From Candidatus Aenigmatarchaeota archaeon (GTDB taxonomy: Archaea; Aenigmatarchaeota; Aenigmatarchaeia; QMZP01; QMZT01): 64,000 nt of DNA. The notes under the pieces are model-generated. The model had not been told where the DNA came from. It did no database searches and saw only the letters and a program-made list of their open reading frames with translations. The stretch covers positions 64,001 through 128,000 of the forward strand of contig CAVSBQ010000002.1 of assembly GCA_963726265.1 (NCBI GenBank), in the 5' to 3' direction. Within the stretch, counting starts at the first letter, position 1; each line of letters opens with the position of its first letter. A program made the translations under genes and the position numbers. Below are positions 16,075-25,575 of the stretch, piece by piece.

Positions 16075-17082
16075 TTAATCTGGCAAATTATCTAAAGGGC
16101 GATGCTCCCTGCGCGGGCTAAAGTCTATTTCTCCCCACGATGACGCGTTGCTTTTTTTCCCGTCTTCTTTCAGTACGCTGCCGAATTCAGTATCTATAAG
16201 ATTCGTAATCATTTCAGCCGTTTCTTTTAACACAGGATAATTTTTTTTGTTCGAAAAATACCATTTTTTTATATCCATTTTTTTGTGTGAGAAAAATTTG
16301 GCTACATATGATGTGTCAATTACGGTTTGGCCCAATTTAATACCAACACGCTCATGAGCAGCATATAACACTCTTCCAAATGTCTTTAGCCACACTCTCG
16401 TATTTCTGGGCTTTCCGCCCAAAAGTTCTTTCAAAGCACGCATGGAAGCGATTTTTGAAGGGCCATGAACGCATTTTAAGAGTCTTAAAGTGTCATCTTC
16501 GTTTGAATCTAGGTATCTGAAATTATGGACAAAACTAGTTTCTGCAGGAGTTGGGACACACGATGAAGTATTTATCACATTATCCGGAAAGCCCTGCCTC
16601 GAAGCTTTATTTTCTGCAAGGCGATTTTTATATTCAGGCGTCGCAAGCAGCTTCTTCAATACAGACTTGTAGTTTCTGCTTGAAACATCTATTTTCCTGC
16701 CGTGCAAACCCAATATTTTCTTTTTAATGCTCGGGTGCTTATGCAATATGCCTTGCACATCAGTTCCGGTAAATCCCATTCTACTGCCTATTGTTATTGT
16801 TCTTATTCCTGAATTGTAAATGTTGTGCTCTTTGAGAAGTTTTTCTGTGAAAGATCTTGCATTTTCATATGTTACATTACCTTTTTCTACCTTTTTTTGC
16901 ACTCTAACATAAAAAATCCTTGATAAATTAGACCGCATTCCGATGTCGTCGGAAAGCGAATTGCCGTAAAGGCATCTGTTGGCATAACCATTTCTGCATT
17001 TTTTATATAGATAGCTGTATATCCTTTGAAGCGACGTAGGGCCAATCCCTTCAATTCCATAGTTCATTCCTATAAAAACCAT
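16075..17082 (-). CDS. Hypothetical basic protein (AT-richer ORFan)
   Basis: 335-aa Lys-rich ORF, visibly lower GC than its flanks, no recognised motif. Confidence 0.6.
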   Translation of the reverse strand: MVFIGMNYGIEGIGPTSLQRIYSYLYKKCRNGYANRCLYGNSLSDDIGMRSNLSRIFYVRVQKKVEKGNVTYENARSFTEKLLKEHNIYNSGIRTITIGSRMGFTGTDVQGILHKHPSIKKKILGLHGRKIDVSSRNYKSVLKKLLATPEYKNRLAENKASRQGFPDNVINTSSCVPTPAETSFVHNFRYLDSNEDDTLRLLKCVHGPSKIASMRALKELLGGKPRNTRVWLKTFGRVLYAAHERVGIKLGQTVIDTSYVAKFFSHKKMDIKKWYFSNKKNYPVLKETAEMITNLIDTEFGSVLKEDGKKSNASSWGEIDFSPRREHRPLDNLPD

Positions 17083-17142
17083 ATAAAGTTTTTATAACGG
17101 TTAGATATTTATTCTTAACTCGTAGTTAAACATCCCATAGCT

Positions 17143-17835
17143 TCAGACATGCGCTATAAGAGACTTGTATTCCGGGGTTTCTCGCACAGCTTCCAAGAAA
17201 CTCGGCATCCGGTCCCTTCTGACGACCCTTCCCTGTCTTCTCTTCTTTATTTCTATCATCCTTCTAATGCGGCGATACCTTGACACAATATAATAATCCA
17301 TTTGCCCCGGTCTAATGCGGAGAAGCGGCACTATTTCGTTGTTAAGGGACGCGCATGGGACGTCTTCAGCAAGCACCTTATATTCAAAACCTGGCCTAAG
17401 GAGTTTATTTTTTCTATGTATTCTGATGCCTGCCTCCTCCGCGAGCGCAAGATGCCTTCTTTCGATGCAGATGGTTACGCCTTGCCTGTAAACCGGAATT
17501 TGCTCTTCCAGGTCAGTTTCGCGAACAAATTCAATCGCACTCATGAGGGACAGCTTGCATTTAACTATTGTCTCGCGGAGCGGGCACAGCACATCGCCAT
17601 TGCCGTTATCATTCCCGCCAAACTTTTTCATGATGATCTCCGCGGCCTCCTGCGGGGTCCTGATGCCATGTGTTTGGAAATACTTCAGAAGCAGTGATGG
17701 TCGGGAACGTTCCGGGGAAATGCAGTTTACGTAATTCGGTAAGCGTTCAAACTTCGTTCCTGCCAGCTGATAATCAGTAACATTTTTTAACAGTTCAGCC
17801 GTCTGGCGCTTGTTGTAGTAAGGGAATGGGTTCAT
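17143..17835 (-). CDS. Hypothetical basic protein
   Basis: 230-aa ORF with an AT-rich upstream region, no recognised motif. Confidence 0.6.
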   Translation of the reverse strand: MNPFPYYNKRQTAELLKNVTDYQLAGTKFERLPNYVNCISPERSRPSLLLKYFQTHGIRTPQEAAEIIMKKFGGNDNGNGDVLCPLRETIVKCKLSLMSAIEFVRETDLEEQIPVYRQGVTICIERRHLALAEEAGIRIHRKNKLLRPGFEYKVLAEDVPCASLNNEIVPLLRIRPGQMDYYIVSRYRRIRRMIEIKKRRQGRVVRRDRMPSFLEAVRETPEYKSLIAHV

Positions 17836-17902
17836 CTATTTTATAAAGGATGCTTAAAGATAAAAACGGTATCTTTCCCGGACTCAGCCGGTTAAATAGG
17901 GA

Positions 17903-18120
17903 TGAGCGTGGGGGGATTCGGACCCCCGGCCTCAGGCTGAAACAGCGAAGGACGCGCGCTTCGCGCGCGTCGGCATGCCAAATCCCTGGCTGCGCTCCGC
18001 TTCTTCGATGTCATCAAGCATTCGAATCCGGATGCTTTCAATTCTTCTAAGCCTCGTTCCGCGCCAAGGCGCAGAACTGCATAGAAGACCCGCGCTCTAT
18101 CCAGGCTGAGCTACACGCCC
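17903..18120 (-). tRNA. tRNA-Arg(UCU) with a 143-nt intron at position 37/38 (intron 17939..18081)
   Basis: 5' exon GGGCGTG TA GCTC AGCCTGGATA GAGC G CGGGT CTTCTA; 3' exon A GCCTG AGGCC GGGGG TCCGAAT CCCCC CACGCTC A. The cloverleaf closes, the anticodon is TCT and the Arg identity base A20 is present. Confidence 0.88.
18008..18054 (-). ncRNA. Candidate intron-encoded box C/D-type guide module (guide, D-like box, K-turn)
   Basis: AGGCTTAGAAGA-A-TTGA-AAGCAT-loop-ATGCTT-GAT-GA-CAT; the first 12 nt are the exact complement of spliced tRNA positions 31-42. Confidence 0.65.
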
Positions 18121-18538
18121 GTGTGCGGTCCAGTGCAAACCCGCGCTACCGCATTAATTAGAATATGGGCGTCCTCATTAAAAACCTTTGCGGACGCAGC
18201 CGGCACGAGACACGTTATCAATAATATCTTCTCGGCGGCTCCGTTGCTGCGCCGCCTATAAATAAACGGCTGATGTCGTAAGGCGGATGAAAATTTTCAA
18301 CATAGCGGTTATCATTCATGAGAGGCGGCGGGCACAAGCATTCCCCGGAAAGCGGATGAGGGGTCGTCACTCTCCTGACCGTTTGCCTTATCGCGCTTAT
18401 CGCGCCGGATGGTTTGAACATAAGCATCACGTCAATTTCTAATATCTACTCTATAGCGCAAAAACCTTTAAATTCCTGACGGTCATGCAGGCTGCCGGAT
18501 ATATGGCTTTTTAAAGGTTCGCATCCAGTAGGTTCACC

Positions 18539-18898
18539 ATGTTTCTAACGACGCTTCCGTCATTTGTACCCTTCCCAGAAGAGCTTGGCACCTGGGATAA
18601 ATATAGAGAGGGCGAAAGGCGTGATCTAGCGAAAGTTGGAATGCATTATCGGGAATTCGTAAGAGTTAACGGACCGCGGCTATTAGATGCACGCGGTGAC
18701 AATTTCTGGGTAGCAGTGGGCGCCAGGAGCGGAAGGATTTTTGGTGCAGGCGGCCATTCTAATTATCCAACGTTCTCAAGCAAAAAAAGGATGTCAGAAG
18801 AGGCTGGAGAATTTGCACTTGTTACTACGCTTCCTGTATCAGTCGAGGATTATGCAGCTTCTTTATCTGGAATGTTAGCACTGAAACCGGATTTTTGA
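18539..18898 (+). CDS. Hypothetical protein
   Basis: 119-aa ORF with a TTTTAAA TATA-like box ~25-30 bp upstream. Confidence 0.5.
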   Translation: MFLTTLPSFVPFPEELGTWDKYREGERRDLAKVGMHYREFVRVNGPRLLDARGDNFWVAVGARSGRIFGAGGHSNYPTFSSKKRMSEEAGEFALVTTLPVSVEDYAASLSGMLALKPDF

Positions 18899-18983
18899 AA
18901 GCCTTTGAGCGTTATTTAAGCAAAATTTCAAATAATAGGTAATAGTAATTATAAACAGGCGCGGGCCTTGAAGGTCGCTTCTT

Positions 18984-21900
18984 ATGACCGATTTCAGGAA
19001 AATCGAGGACAAATGGCAGGAACGCTGGAAGGAAGCGAAGGCATTCGAGCCGAAGATTGATGACGAAAAGCGCAAGTTCTTCTTCACCACTCCGTATCCC
19101 TACATCTCGGGCAGCCTGCACATCGGCCACGGCCGCGCGGTCACGGAAAGCGACATATACGTCCGCTACATGCGCATGAAGGGCTTCAACGTCCTCTACC
19201 CGCTGGCCTTCCACATCACCGGCACGCCCGTTCTCGGCATATCGGCGGCGATAGAGGCGGGCGACGAGGCGAAGACGAACCTCTACAGGGGCTATGTCAG
19301 GAACTACGCAAAGAGCGAGCAGGAGGCCGAGAAGACCGTGCAATCCTTCATCGACCCCTGGAACATAGTCAATTTCTTCGTCCCCAAGATGGTGGACGAG
19401 TATTCGTCTCTCGGCCTGAGCATCGACTGGAGCCGCTGCTTCACGACGGGCGATCCCGATTACCAGAAGTTCATAACGTGGCAGTTCATGCAATACAGGG
19501 ACAAGGGCTACCTGATAAAGGGAAGCTACCCGGTGCTTTACTGCCCCAAATGCGGCAACGCGGTCGGCGAGGACGACATACAGGACGCGGACACGAACCC
19601 CGTGACGAAAATGGAATTCACGCTGCTCAAGTTCCCGCTCGAAGAAGGACATGCCGAACACAGCGGGCTGATGCTTGTCGCCGCGACGCTGAGGCCGGAA
19701 ACCGTCTTCGGCCAGACGAACCTGTGGCTCAACCCCGACACGGAATACGTCAAGACAAAGGTCGGGGTCGAGAGATGGGTGATAAGCAGGGAGGGCTTCG
19801 AAAAGCTCAGGTTCCAGGGCAAGAACCCCGAGGTAAGCGGCTACGTCAAAGGCGGTCACCTCATCGGCAAGCACGTTACGGCGCCCGGCATCGGCAGGAA
19901 GATCATGATACTACCCTCGAAGTTCGTCGATTCCAACGTGGGCAGCGGCATAGTGACTTCCGTCCCGTCAGATGCTCCGTATGACTGGATGGCGCTCCAG
20001 GACCTCCAGAAGAACAGGGAGGAATGCGAAAAGTTCGGCCTGGATTGCGACAAGGTCAGGGCCATAAAGCCCGTTCCCATCATAAAAACGCCGGGCTGGG
20101 GAGACCTGGCGGCGCTCAAAATATCAGAACATTTAAAGCTTACGAGCCAGCACGACCCGCGCCTGGACGAGGCGACCCAGACGATATACAAGGAGGGCTT
20201 CCACACGGGCGTGATGAACGAAAACTGCGGCACGATTCGCGGGCATGAAGGTCGCGGAGGCCAAGGACAAGGTCAAGCAGGAGCTGCTGGACAGCGGAGA
20301 CGCGGACGTGATATACGAGACGTCGCGCGTCGCATTCTGCCGCGACGGGACGAAGGTCGTCGTTTCCGTGCTGGAAGACCAGTGGTTCCTCGACTTCAAC
20401 GCGAAGGGCTGGAAGGCGCTCGCTTCCAGATGCCTGAAGCAGATGGAGCTGCTGCCGGAAACGAAACGCAGGATGTTCGAGGACACGTTCGAGTGGCTCG
20501 ACAAGAGGCCTGCCGCCAGGAAACGCGGCCTGGGCACGCCGCTGCCGTTCGACCGCGACTGGATAATAGAATCGCTGTCCGATTCGACCATCTACATGAG
20601 CTTCTACATCATCAAGAATCTCATAAACAAATACAAAATCAAGCCCGAGCAGCTGACAAGCGAATTTTTCGACTACGTCTACCTTGGCCGCGGCGAACCA
20701 TCGCACGCCAGCAAGGTCACCGGCATAAAAATCGACGAACTGAAGGAGATGCGCGCGCAGTTTGACTACTGGTATCCGAACGACCATCGCCATACGTACG
20801 TCGCCCACCTTTCCAACCACCTGTCATTCTTCATCTTCGCGCACGCGGGCATCTTCCCGGAGAAATACTGGCCGAAGAAGATATCCTTCCATGGTTTCGT
20901 CCAGAGCGAGGGCATGAAGATGTCGAAATCCAAGGGGAACGTCATCACGCTTCTCGAGATTAAAAACAAGTATGGTGCGGACACGTTCCGCGCCTACATT
21001 TCGACCGCGACGACGCTCGAAGGGACGTTCGACTGGAAGACGCACGAGGCGGAGAACATCCAGAAGAACCTGGCCGGCATCAAGGAAATGATAGCCGGGA
21101 TGATAAGCAAGCATGAAAGGGGAGCGAAGCACGGGAAGGAGCTGGGGCCCATGGGCCTCGCCTTCATGGCCAGGTTCGAGGCCGCGCTCGGCGAGGCGGA
21201 CAAGGCGCTTTCGGAGATGCGGCTCAGGGATTACGGCAATATCGTCTTATACTCGATTCCCTCATGGATAAGGAAGCTGGAGCGACGTGCTGGCAAGGAA
21301 GAGCTGCACGCGGTTTTCGGCCTGGTGACGGAGAAATACATCAGGATGCTGGGCCCGCTCGCGCCGCACATCAGCGAGGAGATGTGGGAGAAGCTCGGAA
21401 AGAAGGGCTTCGTCTCGCTGGCTGAATGGCCAGAAAGCGACAAGAAATTCATCAACGAGAAGTTCATCGCTTCCGACGAACTGGTTGACCGTTCGGCGGA
21501 GGATATCCGCAGCGTCCTGAAGCTCGTCAAGTTCCAGCCGAAGAAGATACGCATCTTCGTCTCGCCCAGATGGAAATACTCCTTTTTCAAAAAGCTGAAG
21601 GAAGAGATGGAGAAGACGAGGGACATAGGCGCCCTGATTAAAAAGCTCGGCAGGGAAGAGAAAGAGCACAGGGAACACGCAGCGGAAATCGCCAGAACCG
21701 TGCCTTTCGTCGTGAAGGATCCGTCTCGCCTGCCTTCCCATGTGCTCGATCAGGACAGCGAGATCGCCACGCTGGAAGAAGCGAAGGCGTTCCTGCACAA
21801 GGAGTTCGGGTGCGCGATAGAAATCACGCGGGCGGAAGATTCGGAGAGCGAAAAGGCGAACAAAGCGATGCCGGGCAAGCCGGGAATAGAAGTGGAATAG
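18984..21900 (+). CDS. leuS: Leucine--tRNA ligase (archaeal type), with a single frameshift near 20234
   Basis: PYPYISGSLHIGH, CP1 editing motifs ATLRPET and GSGIVTSVPSDAPYD, and KMSKS in the second frame. The frames join as NENCG../FAGMKVAEAK. Confidence 0.93.
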
Positions 21901-21929
21901 TAACGAAAATGACGCCTTATGAAAACTAT

Positions 21930-22166
21930 TTATGCCGGATAGCCTTCTGCATGCATAGATTTTTTCGATGGTATTTCTAGAACGATTGTTTCGAAAGGCG
22001 GTGTTTCTCCGTTTATCGTTCTTGATGCTCTTCGCATCAATTCTGCAGTGGGATAATGGCCGCTTCGTGCATTCCAGCCTTTAAGTTCTGCCGGTCCAAT
22101 TAAATCGAAAAAGGTTGTATGTTTAAAAGACGTATTAGGCGCGTAGCTGATTTCAAATTTTCCCAT
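21930..22166 (-). CDS. Hypothetical protein
   Basis: 78-aa ORF filling the gap downstream of the TRAM gene. Confidence 0.4.
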   Translation of the reverse strand: MGKFEISYAPNTSFKHTTFFDLIGPAELKGWNARSGHYPTAELMRRASRTINGETPPFETIVLEIPSKKSMHAEGYPA

Positions 22167-22189
22167 TAAAATAAAAAGCGGGACAAGTT

Positions 22190-22459
22190 TTAAATATCTT
22201 CCTCGACCCTCTTCCCAACAGCGCAGTTCTTCTTGACCTCGATGATTTTGACCATGACGGTCTCGCCTTCCTGCGCGCCTGGCACGAAGACCGCGAAATT
22301 GTCATACGCTCCGACTCCGTCGCCCTTCTTGCTCACGTCCTTTATGTAGAGTTTTATTACCTGGCCCCTCTTCACGGGCGGCTTCTTCTTGGTATAAAGC
22401 GTCCTCTTGGTATGGCACCTGGCTATCGTGAAACCCCTGTGATGGTAGAAGGTCGACAT
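22190..22459 (-). CDS. Single TRAM-domain RNA-binding protein
   Basis: PPVKRGQVIKLYIKDVSKKGDGVGAYDNFAVFVPGAQEGETVMVKI. Confidence 0.88.
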   Translation of the reverse strand: MSTFYHHRGFTIARCHTKRTLYTKKKPPVKRGQVIKLYIKDVSKKGDGVGAYDNFAVFVPGAQEGETVMVKIIEVKKNCAVGKRVEEDI

Positions 22460-22483
22460 AAAATGAATATGTCAGCTGCGCTT

Positions 22484-22780
22484 TTAAACGCTTGCCTGCA
22501 ATGAACGTTTCACGGGTATTTCCACAAATTCTACCCAGCGCCTTGTTCCATTGATCTCATTGACCCATTCGCCACCAAGAGGGTAAATATCTCCGTCAAA
22601 AAGCACACAATAGCCACCGTTTGAACAGCGAATGGGATTGAAAGGATATTTTTCACCCGAAACAGGATGTGATATGTACGGTTGAAGCCCTGAGCCCGGC
22701 CTCGGAATCCCGCCTGAAATTCCTCCGAAGTCACATTCAAGTTTCACAAAATTTTTGGTTAATTCGAAATTACCGTCCAT
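22484..22780 (-). CDS. Hypothetical protein
   Basis: 98-aa ORF co-oriented with the TRAM gene. Confidence 0.45.
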   Translation of the reverse strand: MDGNFELTKNFVKLECDFGGISGGIPRPGSGLQPYISHPVSGEKYPFNPIRCSNGGYCVLFDGDIYPLGGEWVNEINGTRRWVEFVEIPVKRSLQASV

Positions 22781-23012
22781 TTCTTATCTCCGTTGAAATG
22801 TTGTCAGAAAGTTTTAAAAGGGTTAAAACGCCGAAAAAACCGCTATGCTCCGCAGGCTATTTGAAAGGCGGATTTGCGGCCAAAAACCATGCGTTAAAAT
22901 CGAGGCTAAATCACCGTAAAACGGCTTTAAAAAGCTTTCTGTTACAGCCATACCACAAAGTATTTTAAGCTAACTGAGAAGCAGATAACAAGACAGCATC
23001 TGGCTGGTGTCT

Positions 23013-23684
23013 ATGCTGGTGTTTGACGACGTTGGGGCGGGGAACTGGGCGAAATACAAGGAGTTCATACTCAATTCTGAAAGCATCTTCCCGGAAAACA
23101 TGAGAAGCTCGCCTGAGGATTTCAGCAACATGTTCTCGGAAGAAGGGCTCGTGGCAAAGGTGGCGTTCCTGGATTCACAATACGTAGGCAACGTGATAGC
23201 ATGCGCAGTGCCCCAGGAAGACAGGTCTTATTACGAGATAACGGGCCTCCCCGAAGGCTCGAGGGTGCTTTACATCCTGAACATGGTGGTGAACCCCGAG
23301 CACCAGGGAAAGGGGTATGGCAAGCAGCTTCTGCAGGAAATAGTCAGGCAGGCTAAAAACATCGGCTACGACTACGTCGTCGGCCACTTCAGGCAGAACG
23401 CCTCGTTCCACATCATGAAGAAGATGGGAGGCGTCGAGACCGGCAACTTCAGGAACTGGGACAACACGCAGGAGGACTTCATCGAATGCTGCCTGGATCT
23501 CCGCACATTCAGCGAAACCAGCCTTACGGCAGGCGAACCGCAGAAAAGCCTTCCTGTGCACGAGGAAGCCCAGCCGAAACTGCAGGTCGATGGCCCGGCT
23601 CCGCTTTCACCGGAGTTGATGCAGACTGGCGATGCGCATCTTGACGACCCCTCGGATATGGCACCTGCACCACACCACTTCTGA
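23013..23684 (+). CDS. GNAT-family acetyltransferase
   Basis: Acetyl-CoA motif VNPEHQGKGYGKQLL; low-complexity C-terminal tail. Confidence 0.85.
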   Translation: MLVFDDVGAGNWAKYKEFILNSESIFPENMRSSPEDFSNMFSEEGLVAKVAFLDSQYVGNVIACAVPQEDRSYYEITGLPEGSRVLYILNMVVNPEHQGKGYGKQLLQEIVRQAKNIGYDYVVGHFRQNASFHIMKKMGGVETGNFRNWDNTQEDFIECCLDLRTFSETSLTAGEPQKSLPVHEEAQPKLQVDGPAPLSPELMQTGDAHLDDPSDMAPAPHHF

Positions 23685-23758
23685 GGCCGAAGTTTTTTAT
23701 TAAATGTGCGCGCATTCCAAGCTATTAAGAGGGCAGGCACCAATTATTTAATACGAGG

Positions 23759-24517
23759 GTGGGCGTCTTGGCCGCTTTTCTAGGCGAAAAGTGCAGGCAG
23801 GGCAGGATAAGGCTCGTGAAGGGTAAAAAGCCCTACATAAGAAAAATCTGCGCGATTTCTGAAATCGAGGTCTGGCTCGTCGACGGCGAATACGTGCGAA
23901 AGAACATATGCGAGGACTTCGTCAATTACGACCACCATTACCACATGAGCTTCATACCTAAGAACGAGTTCTGGATAGCCAGGGAAGCGAAACACGACGA
24001 AACCAGGTTCTACATCGACCGCATGCTGACCGAGCGCAGGCTGATGGCCACCGGCGTGAGCCACGAGGAAGCGAACAGGAAGGCCGAAATCGTCGAGAGG
24101 GGCGAGAGGAGCAAATCGCAAATGATGCAGAAACTGGCCCACAAGAGGATACACAAGAAGGAAGCCCTGGGCAGGGTGCGCAGGAAGCTGCTGAAAGGTT
24201 ACAGCAATAGGAAGCTGAAGATATGGGTGGTGAACGGCGAGCTGGTAAGGGACTTCTTCTATATAGATTTCGGCGGCGGTGGGCACGACAAGGTGTACCA
24301 CTTCATTCCCGAGGGCGAGGTGTGGCTGGACGACGACATGACGGCGAAGGAAAGGAAGTTCATCCTGCTCCACGAGCTGCACGAGCGCTCGCTCATGGCG
24401 AAGGGCGGGGATTACCCGCACAGCCACTGGAAAGCGACGCAAGTCGAGGATTTCTTCCGCCACCATCCCAGAGGGACGGGCAAGGCCATCATGGAAGAAA
24501 TAAAAAAACAGCAATAG
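23759..24517 (+). CDS. Hypothetical protein with an internal duplication and a HExxE motif
   Basis: Repeat 1 VWLVDGEYVR..FIPKNEFWI; repeat 2 IWVVNGELVR..FIPEGEVWL..LLHELHER..HSHWKA. Confidence 0.75.
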   Translation: MGVLAAFLGEKCRQGRIRLVKGKKPYIRKICAISEIEVWLVDGEYVRKNICEDFVNYDHHYHMSFIPKNEFWIAREAKHDETRFYIDRMLTERRLMATGVSHEEANRKAEIVERGERSKSQMMQKLAHKRIHKKEALGRVRRKLLKGYSNRKLKIWVVNGELVRDFFYIDFGGGGHDKVYHFIPEGEVWLDDDMTAKERKFILLHELHERSLMAKGGDYPHSHWKATQVEDFFRHHPRGTGKAIMEEIKKQQ

Positions 24518-24551
24518 AAATCTTTTTAAATACAAAGTATATTTATTACAT

Positions 24552-24878
24552 ATGAGTGACGACTCTTCAGCTAAAACTGGGCAAAAACCTCAGGAAACAG
24601 GGCTGTTTTGCAAATGTTCTGGTTCAAAGGGCTGCGGCAAAACACCTTCAGGAGAGATGATAGTAGCCGCTTTGCAAGGGGATTGCGGCTGGGATGGTCA
24701 ACTACCTAATGACCCTTCGAAAGTTTATATTTTTTGCTTCCAGAGTAACACCGGAAAGGAGGACTACCCCGGTGCTTTTGGATCTTCAGAATGTTATGAT
24801 AAATGGAAAGAAGGAAAGGGCCATATTAACCTGCATATTCTTACCGTTGATGGGCTGAAAAAAAGATATCAGATATAA
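24552..24878 (+). CDS. Small Cys-containing hypothetical protein
   Basis: 108-aa ORF with a TTTTTAAATA box upstream. Confidence 0.5.
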   Translation: MSDDSSAKTGQKPQETGLFCKCSGSKGCGKTPSGEMIVAALQGDCGWDGQLPNDPSKVYIFCFQSNTGKEDYPGAFGSSECYDKWKEGKGHINLHILTVDGLKKRYQI

Positions 24879-25125
24879 GGCAGTTCCGCCAGCCAAGCCA
24901 GCCATCCGAAACCTTTATAAACCCTAAATCCAATAAATTATCACTTATAAATAGTAAAAATGTTTCAAAAGGTTGGAAATCGATTCGCAAACATTTGATG
25001 GTTTGCAACCGAGGCTCGAGGGTGTGCATATGAATCCTTTGCATCTGCTTGGAAGGCATGAGGAAGTACAGCTCAGGCTAATGTTCTGGCTCCTAGAGGA
25101 GAGGAACTGAGGAATTGTGATTGAT

Positions 25126-25572
25126 ATGTACCAAATAAAAGGACACAAAGAACACAAATGCGCGACATGCGTGCATGAGAAGCTGTCTCCAGAGCAGCCT
25201 CTGGGTTGTATAAACCACTATAATGAAGCTATTTTTGATGCTAATAAACTATTCGCCAATCGCTTGGGAGAAATCGCTCCAAATATTGGCGAAGGACTTG
25301 GCAAAAAGATTGACAAATATACTGTGGTTAGCCAACTTTTCAAAACTGAAACTGGCAGAGAAGAATTAAAGAAAATAATAGATGAAGTTTATGCATCTCT
25401 GAATGACGTGGCTGATGAGCTGCGTCGAACTGGACTTGAATTGGAGGATAGGCATGATGGGACGCAACCGTGTTTTGGCTTCACGATGCCTTTTAGAGTT
25501 ACGAGATGCCCAAGATACGAAGCAGACTCGGAAATGCTGGAAATGTCGGATGCTTTTGGGGGGGAGTGGTAA
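25126..25572 (+). CDS. Hypothetical protein (CxxC plus scattered Cys, possible Zn binder)
   Basis: HKCATCVH..GC..QPC..RCPRY. Confidence 0.6.
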   Translation: MYQIKGHKEHKCATCVHEKLSPEQPLGCINHYNEAIFDANKLFANRLGEIAPNIGEGLGKKIDKYTVVSQLFKTETGREELKKIIDEVYASLNDVADELRRTGLELEDRHDGTQPCFGFTMPFRVTRCPRYEADSEMLEMSDAFGGEW

Positions 25573-25575
25573 ATT

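Noticed and set aside
17850..18050. 66-aa ORF on the + strand
   Set aside because: It is antisense to the tRNA-Arg gene and intron, so it is a shadow ORF.
17939..18081. Group I self-splicing intron with an internal guide sequence
   Set aside because: Only 143 nt, no terminal G, no U.G pair at the 5' splice site and no recognisable P7 core.
18218..18430. 70-aa minus-strand ORF upstream of the tRNA
   Set aside because: Short, no motif, uncertain start; cannot be supported.
18984..21900. Naturally split alpha/beta LeuRS
   Set aside because: The first ORF runs ~170 codons of non-homologous sequence past the break and overlaps the second. Removing one base restores a normal protein.
24960..25110. 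Possible structured RNA or 26-aa peptide upstream of the 25126 ORF
   Set aside because: Only a weak hairpin (GCAAAC/GTTTGC) and a short ORF; no recognisable riboswitch or ncRNA motif.
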